The translations under genes were made by a program, and so were the position numbers. Shown one piece after another: positions 21,348-34,818 of a stretch of DNA of 64,000 nucleotides. Origin of the DNA: Octopus bimaculoides (Eukaryota). Within the stretch, counting starts at the first letter, position 1; every line of letters begins with the position of its first letter. The notes beneath the pieces were generated by a model, which ran no database searches, was not told where the DNA came from, and saw only the letters and a program-made list of their open reading frames with translations. The DNA lies in NCBI RefSeq assembly GCF_001194135.2, contig NC_068999.1, forward strand, positions 48,349,562 through 48,413,561. Reading direction: 5' to 3'.

Positions 21348-22189
21348 CTGGAAGAAGTTAAAAAAAAAGAAAAAAAGTTGGACAGGCTAAAATTAACTTT
21401 TTTGGCAAAATCGTAATTTCTATTGTCAAAAATATAAGTATAAGAAAAAAATTGAGTGGAGATGGGGTACCTATTCGAATAATGCAGAATAATGCCAATA
21501 TTTCCATTTTCAGGTCGTGTTCACAAACTGAAAAGTAACATTAGAACCGAATCCATGACTACAAGGCTGAAAATTCGGTCAGAGAAGCGAGAGTGAAGAT
21601 TTCAAATTTTGGGTGTAATTATCGTTTTATAAAGTTCCAGTTTCACAGAAGAAAAAGCATTACTTAATTTTACTGACAATTTTTATCGCCGGATTATCAA
21701 CGATTATGATTTTCTTTCGCCTTTCATTCATTGAAACTTCATTCAGTTTCACTTTGCCGAAAAGCCCTTGAAAAATATTTATCCTTATATGCACAGTGAA
21801 TAACAAAATGGGTGGGGTGAACAAGCCCTTAAACAACAACAAAAATATACTATAATCGTATCTTCGCATTTTAAACAACAACCACAGATTAAACAATATG
21901 CTCCTCAAAAATAATTCTTAATTACACCCCCCAAAATCTTCCGGAACCAAAAAGGTGGAAGGAAAAAATTCTAGTTTAACAAAGTGAAAGTAGTACGTTA
22001 TAATCAAAAATCAAGTTTAGATAGATGCAGAACAGTTCCTTAATAGTTCAAGATTAAATAAAATGTTAAGAAGATACTATATGTAGAAATAAAATTGCTT
22101 TAATAAACGACCCGAAAGCTTCTAATACTTTATTTTGTTCCGCTAAAGTAAGTAAATACAAAGCTAATGTAAATGGTATACCTTATGTC

Positions 22190-22740
22190 CCAATCTCCAC
22201 GTCGTTTTCTTATAACTTAAAAATCGATATTTTTTAATGAAATTTTCTACAAAAACCTTTCAGATGGTATAGATTATGATTATATCAGAGTTTAATGTGA
22301 AAAAAATTTGATAGGCGCACGCATGCACGCACACACACATACATACATCACATTTATATTGACAAAACTTTAACCATTCCATTTCACTCCTTTTCTCCCA
22401 TGTCTTTTCAGCAATAATGTATCCCCAACTGCATTATTCTGTTTGTCTTTCATGACGGTAGAGCAGTAGTATCATATTACCCACAGAAATTTTCAGTCCC
22501 ACCATTCGACTCAATTTTATAAAAATAAATTATTAATATTTTTTTTTTTTTTTAAATAAAATTTGAAATTTCGAAAAAAAAAAGGGTGGGGGGTCAGTAC
22601 GTATGAGTGTGAACCCACCATTTTTTTCTTCTTCACACTACATTCCAATATAATCGCCATCAGAAAGGTATTCGTAGAAAATTTCATTGAAAAATACCCA
22701 TTTTTCTGAAAGTTATGAAGTCGAGTGGGAGGAGCACAAT
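22190..22740. mobile_element. Old MITE with long, diverged terminal inverted repeats
   Basis: aatgaaattttctacaaaaacctttcagatgg (about 22237) is inverted at ccatcagaaaggtattcgtagaaaatttcatt (about 22657); flanks also align loosely. Confidence 0.55.
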
Positions 22741-23519
22741 TGCGTAGATATGCAGACTTACACATCTTTTGAAATTGCACAAAATATATTAAAAACCTCA
22801 TGACTAATCACTACTCCGTACAAGTTACTGACACAGCTGTGACAATAGATATATTTAGAAATCTAGTTTCTTCGTCCAAGAAATTGGCTAACGTTTATGA
22901 ATGCCGTCATTATCAGCTGACAGACGATAAGGCTCTTGTGATTTATCAGATGATACAAACGGAATTTACGAACAAACCCCACCTCAATCCAATAACAATA
23001 ATAGCTAAGAAATTAATTGCAGGAGAAATAATCTTTATTCCGAAATTCTTTGAATGGAAGTTTTACCATTTCAAAGAAAATAATAACAAGCTAATAATTT
23101 TGGAGATCATGAACAAAATGTGAAAAGTTCCACAAGTTTATGAGAGGAATACACACACACACTCAAGCGTACATTAAGGTGGTGCTCCAGCATGGCCAGT
23201 CAAATGACTGAAACATGTAAAATAAAAGAACACACACACACACATACAAATAACTAGGTGTTAAAACTCAGTATATATATGCTTCACAACAAAGCTTAAA
23301 TCGAGTACAGATCAGTAATAAGAAATTAAAATAAGAAAAATTATTTCGTGAACTTCATTAGCTTACAGCTTTTCAACTATAAAGTTGCCCTCAGTTGAGT
23401 GCGTGTGTATCGCCCCATTGCTTAAAAAATGAAGTACAATTTTATTTAGGAAAGCATCTACATCTATATATACACAGAGAAAAGCATTACCGTCGAAAAA
23501 AAAAAAAAAAATGGGCAAA

Positions 23520-23642
23520 TATAGGCGCAGGAGTGGCTGTGTGGAAAGTAGCTTACTTACCAACCACATGGTTCCGAGTTCAGTCCCACTGAGTGACACC
23601 TTGGGCAAGTGTCTTCTACTATAGCTTCAGGCCGACCAAAGC
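23520..23642 (+). mobile_element. SINE family A head, truncated before the gap
   Basis: ataggcgcaggagtggctgtgtgg...ccttgggcaagtgtcttc. Confidence 0.8.
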
Positions 23643-23665
23643 TAAGTGGAATCCCAACCCACCAA

Positions 23666-23793
23666 NNNNNNNNNNNNNNNNNNNNNNNNNNNNNNNNNNN
23701 NNNNNNNNNNNNNNNNNNNNNNNNNNNNNNNNNNNNNNNNNNNNNNNNNNNNNNNNNNNNNNNNNNNNNNNNNNNNNNNNNNNNNNNNNNNNN
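23666..23793. other. Assembly gap (others at 33715-33724, 39449-39458, 40986-41288, 52061-52191, 53911-54022)
   Basis: Runs of N. Confidence 1.
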
Positions 23794-23912
23794 ACTGAAA
23801 GTTTGGAATGCTGATTTTTTTGCCAGAATTGGTATCTCCGTTGCTGAAAACGTCGGAATCTGCAGTAGGAAAAGCAATAGGGGTGGAGTGCATTTGGTAC
23901 GCTTCCGTCTTT

Positions 23913-23944
<32 letters not shown>

Positions 23945-24130
23945 TGATTGATTGTATAATTTGATATATACATACGTCACCCTAATTGCGCAGTTTTCGA
24001 GACATGGCGGTACGTTTTTAGAAAACGAAAGTAATTAGGGGTGGCAAGGGAAGACCACTGATAATACGCCGTGTTATATTTATTGAAACGGATTCACCAA
24101 CAAATAATTGGTAGCTTCCTGTGGCATCTC
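23794..24130. promoter_or_regulatory. Candidate bidirectional promoter / first exons
   Basis: CpG-rich; ETS-like CTTCCG at 23902, half-CRE TACGTCA at about 23973, YY1/TISU-like GACATGGCGG at 24001 with donor GTACGT at 24010. Confidence 0.35.
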
Positions 24131-24586
24131 AGAAACAAATTTAAATATAGATGTTGAATAGATATAGTTTGTTATGAAAATTACCTAAGGAGTGCAATTT
24201 TACAACTGTTATTATTTCTTCTATCTAGATAAACCAAATAAAATTAAATTACTAAAGACAATGTCCTAGTATGGCTCAGGCCTTTGGTCTGCCACGCGTA
24301 CAAAAAAAAAAGTGTGATATCCACAGCTATTTGCTAAGGTTATTTCACTTTCATTTAACTATCTATCTATCGATATATTTATAAATAGATCTTCGTCCAC
24401 CCTTCTTTTTTTGTATATATTCCTGTATTCAAGTTACCTCCTTAGGTGTAAGGGACAAAAGACAGAAATGCAGGAATGCATCGAATAATATAATAGATGA
24501 TTACACACGTTTTGGAAACAACATTTGGGATATCAGTGTATATGAATAAATTTGAGAACACATATTTATATATACATTTTATAAGG

Positions 24587-24918
24587 TCCCGCTGCGTGGC
24601 ACCTTGGGCAAGTGTCTTCTACTATAGCCTCGGGCCGACCAAAGCCTTGTGAGTGGATTTGGTAGACGGAAACTGAAAGAAGCCCGTCGTATATATGTAT
24701 ATACATATATATGTGTGTGTGTGTCTGTGTTTGTCCCCCTAGCATTGCTTGACAACCGATGCTGGTGTGTTTATGTCCCGTCAATTAGCGGTTCGGCAAA
24801 AAGAGAACGATAGAATAAGTACTAGGCTTACAAAGAATAAGTCCCGGGGTCGATTTGCTCGACTAAAGGCGGTGCCCCAACATGGCCGCAGTCAAATTAC
24901 TGAAACAAGTAAAAGAGA
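24587..24918 (+). mobile_element. SINE family A, 5'-truncated, young (CpGs retained)
   Basis: gcgtggcaccttgggcaag...gcggttcggcaaaa...ggccgcagtcaaattactgaaacaagtaaaagag. Confidence 0.88.
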
Positions 24919-25859
24919 TACCTGGATATATTTTATGTCGGTTTTTTTTTTTGTTTCTTTTCGTGAAATCCAAGTTGATATTTTACATTTCCCATAAGCA
25001 GACGGTCGAGAGACGATTCTACTTTTGTGAGGTTAATGACATTAGGAAGTAAATATTTATAAGTTCTAAACACCAGTCAATTTTTATTTTAAAATATCTG
25101 GTTTGGCGCTCTATATTCACTGCTGTTTGAAATTGACACCCCGTGTTCAAATCCTGGTCGGATCGTCATAACTGTGGGAAACTTGATTTAATTGATAAAA
25201 CTGTACTTTGTAAAGTGAAACCGTGTACCTAAAGGAATTATTATTTAACAATCTCTTCCTGAATTTCCACTTGCCTCACAAAATAATTAAGTATTCATTT
25301 AGTTTATGCACCCGAGATGATGAAATTTATGCGCAAACTTTAAAGATAGGTCTAAAGATAAGATTTTCGAAGACAATGTGCAACAGGCTATACTTTTTTT
25401 AAAAATCCTAATTCAATGAATCTTATAGAAAACAACAAACCACAAAGCTAAATTGTTTCTCATAAATCTACCAAATAACACAAACATTGACGGTTAGCAT
25501 GACGTACCCACCAAGTACTGAGATCGATTTATAATTCTGAAAAATAACTTAGAAATGAACAGAATTAAAACAGAAGACAAGACACAAGACTGATAAGTGG
25601 CCAAAAATTAAAAACAAAAAGAAAGCAGGACAAAATACATTCATTGACGAAGGTATAAAACACTGAATGAAGTTTTTAATTCGTTTTTATGCACACATAC
25701 ACACAAACATATATATATACGCATACATACTATTTGTGTGTGTGAAACAATAGGGCTAACTTAGAGTTTAAAAGTTGACTTACGCTAAAAATAATTTGTA
25801 ATAAAACGTCCGGGAGTTGGAAAACTTGTATTTTTCGAGCAGTAATTAAAAAGTCATCC

Positions 25860-26040
25860 GGTAAACAACTATTGGTTGTATTTTAGCGTGATGTCATGAG
25901 GATTTGTTTACGCCTGACGTCATCGTTACCGTCATTCCTGGGTTGACCCGGACTACATATTCAAGCTAACCCCAATCCTGGATCTCTCGCACCGCTTTAA
26001 AGGGATAAAGTAGTTGTCTTTGACAAGTTTTCGCGTCGTA
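25860..26040. promoter_or_regulatory. CpG-rich element with a full CRE
   Basis: TGACGTCA at 25915-25922, ATTGG at 25871, FOX-like GTAAACA and TGTTTAC. Confidence 0.3.
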
Positions 26041-29000
26041 ATTAACTCCTTTTCTAGTCTAGATGTCTTTGACTAATTATATCAACAACTTTCACTTCTC
26101 CACACAGCTTTATTTGCGAACCTACTAACTCCCATACCTCTACCTTTCTTCTTCATATCCCACAAACACCTAATCTAGTAATCGTTTTTCACAATTCATC
26201 TGGCACCACTGCCTCTACAGTAAAGGTATAGACCTCGCTGCAAACTCAAAGTAAACGTGCCATTTTCCTCTTACGTGGCTACTCCCATCATATCGTTCGT
26301 CGACTCTGCTCTCCATCTTTCGGTCGTATTCATGTCACGTACCCGTTCTCCTGCAGTTCTGAATTATTTTTCACCTCTTCGTGTTCCACTTTACTACTCG
26401 GCCTGCCATTTCAGCACACCCTCTTTTATAACTTCCGCTATCTGACTCTGCTGCTGCTACACCTATCCTAATTCTCTTACACCCGCTTTCCCTTGTCCTC
26501 CTACCTACCTTGTTTTTTTTTGTTTTGTTTCGGGCTGGTCTTTTTAGCATTGCCGATTACCGTACTCGTCTCCAATGATGAGGGGGGACTGGATGGCATT
26601 GTCCTATACCTATCTTTCAGCTGCGCATCCTCAGATTTCGAAAATAAGAGTTTTAAAGAAATATGGAATACGCCGTGTGAAATCCTAAGTTCTCTCTCTC
26701 TTTCACTCTCTCTCTCTCTCTCTCTCTATCTCTATCTATCTATCTATCTATTTATCTTTCTCTCGATACAAGAACAAAAAGAAATTTAAAACGAAAACGG
26801 AGAAAGTAAACCAAAGAAGAAATAATTCCTTAGAGAGATAAAAGAAAAGCGAAAGAAGTACGGAAAACAAAAACAATGTCAACTACGACAACAGTAGTAA
26901 CAACAACAAAAAGGAAAGCACAGAAGCAGTGGTGATGAAATAAATATATACACACTGAGTAGAACTGACCAGCTCTATCACCACCAACAGCAGTGTCGAG
27001 CACTATTTTCTTTATATATGGCTTTTGTCCATTGCCTCCTCATCTTCTCACCTGTCCCGTAAATGACTTCGCCACCATCACCCACTCTCATTCCAGCTTC
27101 CTTTATTATTCTTACAACATATTTTTACCGTACTCACTTTCTATACTGCCTCTAAAATAACTCATTGCCAACACTATTCCCGCAATCTTTATTCTCCTTT
27201 CTCATTCCTCGCCGATCACTCCACATCACTTTTTCACCATCTCCATTCTCTCATTCGCCTGTCCATTGACCATGGTGATGCCTTAACTGTAAGAATTTTA
27301 AACAAATGAAGACAATATTGTGATAGCAATAATGATTGTAAACAAATGAACGAAATATTTTTTCATATAGCAATGATAATTTTTGGTTAATGCTCATCCA
27401 AGACCGGCGTGTAATTTACAACCACACAACCTCCAACTTCTTCATTCTTTCTATCTGAGGAAAGACAGCTCTCCGAAACGTTAGATTTTTCACTCCTCGC
27501 AAAAAATCAACTCGCGGGTTTTTTGGGGGTTTTTTTTTTGTTCTTTTTCTCCAAAGACAGAGCAGTGGTGATGAAATATATATACACCCTGAGTGGAACT
27601 GACCAGCTCTATCACCACCAACAGCAGTGTCGAGCACTATTTTCTTTATATATGGATTTTGTCAATTGCCTCTTCCTCTTCTCACCTTTTCCATAAATGA
27701 CTTCACCATTTATCGCTTTAATTGATACAGATTACCAACAGTTTTCTTAGCTTCTGGAGCTTGAGTATGTTGGTGTTCTACTTGAAGTACCTGAGGTATT
27801 TAGTTACATTCATTTACGTTCTAAGTTCAAATCCCGCCAAAGCCAACTTCGTATTTCAACCTTCCGGGGTTTCTAAAACAAACTTCCAGTCAAGTGCTGT
27901 GGTTGATTTGATAGCCGTCTCAGAACATTTCGCAATCTTTCGCTTTTCATTCAGAATGATTGTAAACAAATGAATGAAATACTGTTCTCATATAACGATG
28001 ATAACTTCCTTTTGTACCCACCCCAAAATGCCCCCTTTATTTATTAATTTTTTTTTTTTTACCCTTAAGCTATCCAGCCATGCCTGCACCTATATAAATA
28101 AATAGATTGAAGATTTTTAATAAATTTCTAAAACAACGCACGCACACGCTCAACTGCGAGGATTTGGGTGATTGCTCAGTGGAAGAAACTAGATAAACGA
28201 ATTCGGTACTGGTTTAAAAATAGATTTTACTGATTTCTCAGAACAGGTATATGTCATGTTTTACTGATCCGTAGAATTATCGAATTACTGATTAGTTACT
28301 TTCTGGGTATATATAGAAGCTTATGACAGATATTGGAGAAAAGTGAGAGGGAATAAAAAATTTAAAAAAAGGTATGATGCAACTTAGTGTTTTTTGTTTA
28401 ATATATTTTCTTTTCTTTCTTTTTTTTTTACAAAGAATCTAATATAATAATGAGTGTATTGTTTTTGTATATTTGTATATAAACAATTAAAAGATATTTT
28501 TAATATGCTAGCCACTGATGAAATTTTTTGGAAAAAAATTTTATCTTTATATTAGAAGTTTATTTGTATAAATATATATTTGTCCAGAATCACGCCGGCC
28601 GCGGAGGAGGAGAGAAAATAGTAATTCAGTGAAGGAGAAGTAGTGAGATTAATAGTCCTGACTGAGAGGGAGTAAGAGAAAGTAATAGCAATGAGAGAAA
28701 GGAAGGGGTGATAGATGAATAAGGAAGGGGTGATAGAAGAATAAGGAAGGAACGGGTGAAAAAATCGGTGTTTCGTGTACGTGTACATGGGAAGTATGTG
28801 AATGTTTATATGTGTGATAATTATCTACCTTATTTATATATAAAATACTACAATTAGTCTCGTTATTGACGGCACCAGTGTCAGCTAATTAGTTTATAAT
28901 TTTAAAAGTTTTGAAACTTATTTATAGGGTAAGGGAAATAACTCGTATATTATCTAGTTGAACAGTTGCGTAAGGGAAGTGATGACGAAAGAGAAGAACA

Positions 29001-29626
29001 TGACAAACAAGAAACAATTGGAGAAATATTATTTACTGAACTAACCTAATACAGGAGAAACACAATCAGATTTATGAAATGTATTTCTCCAATAGAAAGG
29101 AGAAAGTGGTATGAAGGGCTTGCAAGGTTTGAGATTGCAGGTTTGGTTTGGCAAGTGCTTCCAGAAAAGGTATCTGGGTTCAGGTCTGCCAATAGTGATG
29201 ATTTTGCATAGCATATAACTGGGAAGAGACATTTTTTGTAATATTTATGGTAAAATCTGCAGACCGTCAAATAAGCTGCAAAGTCATTTACACTTTGCTG
29301 TTCATTAATAAGAACTGGACATGTTCATTACTGAGTTTACTGTCATCACACACACACACACTTGCATGTACAAAAGTGTATGTGGCATAAAATATGTGTG
29401 GGTGTGTGTTTGTGTATGTATGTGTATATACATAAAAAAGTCAACTCATAACACCATAACTCCAAAGATTTCCCGAAGAAGAGATCCTAATTCTGAAATA
29501 TTGAAGTATAAGATAAAAGTACAAACCATTGACTTGTGTTGTGTCTTATAATTTATAACTTACATTGTTTTAGCTTAAAAAAAAAACTAAAAACATTTAT
29601 ATGAAAGTACCTATGTATACCTTATA

Positions 29627-29879
29627 CTGTAATCCCTCGCCGTATTGTGGTTCACCCATCGCGGTTCACCCATCGCGGTTCACCCATCGCGGTTCAATTA
29701 TCGCGGTTTATTATTTAAGCTTACGTTGATTCCTCTGTGGTGTTGTTTTGCATTTAAAATAAAATAAATATATAAAAATTATTAAAAAATATATATACTG
29801 TGCAGTAGTTTCTACTTCGCGGATTTTCACTTATCGCGGGGGTGGAACGTAACACCCGCGATAGTCGAGGGATTACCTG
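29627..29879. mobile_element. Tigger/pogo-like MITE with TA TSD
   Basis: TA-CTGTAATCCCTCG...CGAGGGATTACCTG-TA; internal 14-bp tandem repeat; solo right end at about 57100-57152. Confidence 0.75.
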
Positions 29880-30908
29880 TAATCATGTTTCAATAAATCT
29901 CAATCTCTTTCTCACTCTCCTCTTCCTTTTTCTCTACCTTGTACCTCTCCTACTACGTCGTTTTCCCATTACAACAAATATTCAACTAGCTCATACATGA
30001 GTTATTTCCCTTATCTTATACCTTTTCGAACTTCAGAGATTATAACCAAATTCTGCAAAAAGACGGGGAAAAGAAACATTAGATATTGCTCCTCGCTTTC
30101 TTTATAGTTTTTATCTATATCTATAATCTGCTTCTCCCTCCCTCCCTCCCTACATACATACATACATTTAACCCTTTTTCAGCTGACTGGCTAGCTGGTT
30201 AGGTGGTTGGTTGGTTAGGTGGCTGGCTGGTTGACTTGGCTGGCTGGCTGGTTGACTTGGATGGCTGGCTGGCTGGCTGGCTGGATGGATGGATGCCCTA
30301 AGAATACTTCTTTTTCCTCTGTATATCAGATGTCCATACGTCTATACAAATATCTATTTGTCCAAAAAGATAACAAAAAACACAAAGATTAAAAAGGATA
30401 AATAAGATACAACACTGTAGTAATCACACATCTCATAATTTTAGCCTGATCAGAATGAAAATATCCCTGCTCTTCCTGTGTCATCTTTGATATATTTTCA
30501 CTGTCATAATTCACATCCAGCAGCATCTGTCTTATTGAATATCAGTTTGTACAACCTGGATGAGAGTCTGAATAGTTTGTGATTTTTTTTTTTTTGTTTT
30601 TTTTTGTTTGGTACTATATGATGTACAAACAATAAAGAGTTGAGCTGACAGATCTCAAGAAGACATCAATTCTGTGCCGCTACCACCCCTACCTCTAAGA
30701 CCACCACTACCATCACTTCTACTATGATGACAAAGCAAACAGAACAGATGACCTCTTGAGGTTTGTTCCAGTTTTTGTTGTTGTTGTTGTTGTTGTTGTT
30801 GTCGTTTACCCTCACATCACTTATGATTGAGGAGACCTATGATCATAGAACTTCCAGCCTTGACCATCCTGTTATTTCTGTATAATTATAACTTGAAGTG
30901 CACTTCTA

Positions 30909-30955
<47 letters not shown>

Positions 30956-30990
30956 GTATTAAGAAGAAGAAGAAGAAGAAGAAGAAGAGG
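30909..30990. repeat. (AAT)n-(AAG)n compound microsatellite
   Basis: Direct reading. Confidence 0.95.
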
Positions 30991-32381
30991 AAGAAATATA
31001 TAAATAAATGAATAACTAATCAAACACACACTAAAAACAAAAAAAAATCACTACTTTTTATTTTTCAAAGCAGAACGTATTTGATTGCAAAAAGTGATCT
31101 GAAACACATCTGAGTTTCTGGGTCGAGGATATTGATTGAGACATTTGGTATTTGTGTGTGTGTGAGAGAGAGAGAGAGAGAAAGAGAGAGTCACACAATA
31201 AAGTACAGTCACACGGAATATTTATTAAACAAACCAAGTCCTATATACATCCATATATACACATTATCTCTTCACATGAAATCTGAGAAACAAGAACATC
31301 CACTTCACATTTATAAACTCATATTACGTACATGACACACTTTTACATATATACAGGAGTTGTGTTTTTGCTTCATCCTTTTCGGGTTTTTTTTATATCA
31401 TTTTAATGGCTTAGTTAGAGGAGGAGGATCGGTGCCCATAGGCCTTTTCAAAGCCATTAAAGCTGATGGGATGAAAGGAGGCTGTTATCCAACAGAGGAG
31501 TAAAACAAGCCACTGTAATAGTAATACAAAAGCAGAGGGATGCAATAGCGAGTTTGTGAGACAGGTGCATGGAAGAAAATAGTCACAGAAAACAGTCAGA
31601 ATTTTATTTAGGAGAAAGTCACATTTTATTTAAAGACTGCTATGAACAATTAACTAATGAAAAAATATTTTAAGTAAATTATTAATTAACTTGGGTATGT
31701 GGGTATCTTGAAAATACCTCACAGATGATTGTACACTTAGTTACCAGTTGCCCTTTGGCAAGTTATAGCACCTGTCCAGCCACCCTGCCAGGGACACAGC
31801 AAAGTCATGGGATTGCAGCATGGCAGATTGTGAAGGGGTAGCAGAAGAGCTCAACTGAGCCAATGGTGCTTTTTACATTGATGCTGAGCAGAGGAATCCT
31901 AGAAGATCAATGATCAAGATCACCAAATGCTATCAAGAGAGCATCCATAGGGGCGGTGTCCATGGTTGTGAAAATTTCACTAATGTTTGTGTGGCTAAAA
32001 TGTTTGCTGGAAAAGTGTCTTGATTGACCAGTGCCTTGTGGGTGGAATTTATATAATATAATAATATTACATAATATAATAGTATATTGTACTATATTGT
32101 AAGATATATATATCATTTATATATACACACACTTATACATATACACACATATAAATACATACATACACACACACACATATGTAGGTGCATACATACATGG
32201 ACATGCATACACGTCCATACACATCCATATATAAATGTGTGTGTGTGTGTAACATGTAGGTAGTTTCCTGCATGTTAATCCACAGTCATTTACTGGACAG
32301 ATAATTATTGCCACTGCCTCTTCTTGCAGATTAACTAGCAAAGTCACACATGCACAGTCATGCATATACACATTCAGGTAA

Positions 32382-32416
<35 letters not shown>

Positions 32417-33329
32417 TACATTGTTTCCCCTCTTCAGTGACTCCTCCTTCTCCTCCTCCTCCATCATTTCCTTTATCTCTTTTCGAGGTTCCTTAAACGA
32501 AATTGTCGTGTTCTAATGTCCGTGTAATGGTACGGGAATAATCAAAAGCATGAATAGTGAACGTAAACCAATTGATTTATTATTAGATGGAGGGAGCCTG
32601 AAACGAAATGGACAATGGTAGAAAATAGAATACTGAATAACAATGCTAGGACTTCTTATCTTTTGATTATGTGATTACTCATGTCAAGTCAAAGGAAATG
32701 GTTTTATTCCGCAGTCTGCATTAATTTCTAGCCTGAAGCTGCATTTCATTTCAATAAGTGTCTTTCCAGTCTATTAGGCGAAAAACCATGTAAAAAAGAA
32801 CAACAAAAAGCAAAAAGACAAATAAAATGCTTAAAATAATATAAATATACAAAAAAAAAGAAAGAAATGCATTCTTGGGATTTTAAAAGGGTCTGCGTGA
32901 TCAGACATTAAAGTTGATGTAATTGTCATCAAGATTTTGTTTTATTTTCACTGGAGTATTTTTGCTTGGCTTTGACAGATTTCACAACAGCAGCGATCAA
33001 TCATGTTACCGTAGTTCTTGCTGATGTTGTAGTGGTCGTTCTTTGGTCCCAGATTATCTCTGAAGGGAGCTATCTGGCTCGTCAGATAAATTCATCCATT
33101 TTTGTTTGTTTGTTTGTTTTTTCTACCTGGCATTCCATCGTCATATGTCTGTAAATTGGTAAAATATATTCAAATTTCAAAACTGATAAATATTGTAGAA
33201 AAATAAATCTCTAGAAAAAAAAAACAACCTTAAAACACAATAACAATATTTTTCATGCTAATTCAAATAACATTGGAAATTATTAAAACAGTGTTTCTCA
33301 AACATTTGGTCATTCAGCCATTCATCGAC

Positions 33330-33714
33330 ACCTGCACTAGTAGAAAAACGACCATCTTTGGTTTCAAATCGAAAGGTATTCTTCCATCAGGATAACAGCA
33401 AGGATGACATTCTAAAGGCTGCAGCACCATATTCGCCGGACATTGCCCCATCTGATTATCATTTATTCCGCAGTTTTCAAAATCATTTGGATGGAAAAAA
33501 TAGGAATTCTGTAGACAAGGTCTGAACAGTAATGGAGGAGTATTGTTTGTCATGGACAAGCGAATTTTGAAAGAGGGGACTTCCGAGTCTACTAGATAGA
33601 TGGAAGAGCATTGTAGAAAATGAAGGAGAGTATATTTTTAGATTTAAAAAGAACTTTGTTCATCTTAATTTTGAAAAAAAAAGTATAAAAAACGCATCAT
33701 TTATGGGATGACCT
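33330..33714 (+). pseudogene. Mariner transposase C-terminal (DDD) relic with start of 3' TIR
   Basis: VFFHQDN...PYSPDIAPSDYHLFRSFQNHLDGK...LDRWKSIVENEGEYI (YSPDLAPSDY signature); ends at the gap. Confidence 0.88.
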
Positions 33715-34778
33715 NNNNNNNNNNGGAGAGGAGAGAGAGAGGAGGGAGAGGAGAGCCTAGAAAGTCAGGCGGTATGAGGTGTGAATATGTTTCACCACTT
33801 GATATCCGTAGGATTACGACCTTTTCACAGCCTTCATCATGTAACAATAATATCGGTGTATAATAAATTATTTTACATGTTTACCTCCCAATATGTATGC
33901 TACATATTGCAGAGTAAAGTCAAAGAATAAAAGTTTACAAGCAGCTACAAGAACGCTTCTGTAATTTGTGTGTCACTTGAAGGGAGAACTTCAAGACTGA
34001 TAGAGTTTCTTCATGTCGTCGGCTGGAATATTCCTCTTTGTCATACTCTTTTATACTCCTTTACTTGTTTCAGTCATTTGACTGCGGCCATGCTAGAGCA
34101 CCGCCTTAAAAGTCGAGCAAATCGACCCCAAAATCGCCAACCTTTTTTTCCAGTGACTTTTTTCCTAGCTAAAATTGTGACATTTTTCTCCGGACACTTA
34201 AATTGATAAATGCAGGTCATGGGCAAACGGAAAAACAAAATCGAAAGTGCACCATTCCAAAAATAAGTTACAGATCCCTGTTATATAGTTCAGATCGTAG
34301 TTTTATTAATTTCTTAGTTTAATTTCTTCTTTTTTTTTTTTCTCTTTATTTCTCTTTTAGTGCTCGAAAAATACCATTTAATCGCTTTCTTTTTTCGTTA
34401 AGAAGCAAAGCAACCAGCTGAAAATATAAAACGACAAAACAAAATCAATAAAGCATTGCTTTTCTTTTCATTCGTTTTTTTTTTTAATGTTTTTTTTACC
34501 TTTGAAGTGAGACCAACTCTAATCAAAAAGTAGGCATTTTAAAGTCCATGATTATCTCTCACCAGATGTTTTCATGTTATTCCGACATCTGTCTCTGCTT
34601 TTTGTTTACACGTTTGGGCCATTCTTCAGCATATGACATTATCGATAATGCATTCTGATTGATTATAGTGCTCTATCCATATTTTGATATCGATCTCATA
34701 TCTCCCAAATCAATAGCTAACACTAGGGTGTATTGTGTGTAAATATATATATATATATATATACATATATACACACAT

Positions 34779-34818
<40 letters not shown>

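Noticed and set aside
23520-23600. tRNA-like heads with A/B boxes (here and in other SINEs)
   Set aside because: They continue into SINE core and tail and lack a full cloverleaf; not tRNA genes.
28090-28255. TATA-like box followed by a CAG|GTATAT donor as a possible SULT first exon
   Set aside because: The TATA abuts a SINE-head remnant in AT-rich DNA; too weak without transcript data.
28515-28545. CTGATGA...GAAA string
   Set aside because: A/T-run context; no stem III or cleavage triplet.
31780-32116. GC-richer stretch with a 69-aa minus ORF (…LLIAFGDLDH)
   Set aside because: Faint resemblance to a LINE endonuclease but no convincing motif or splice sites.
33060-33090. CTGAAGG-GAGC..GCTC hairpin resembling the 41398 motif
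   Set aside because: Lacks the GAAA half of the core.
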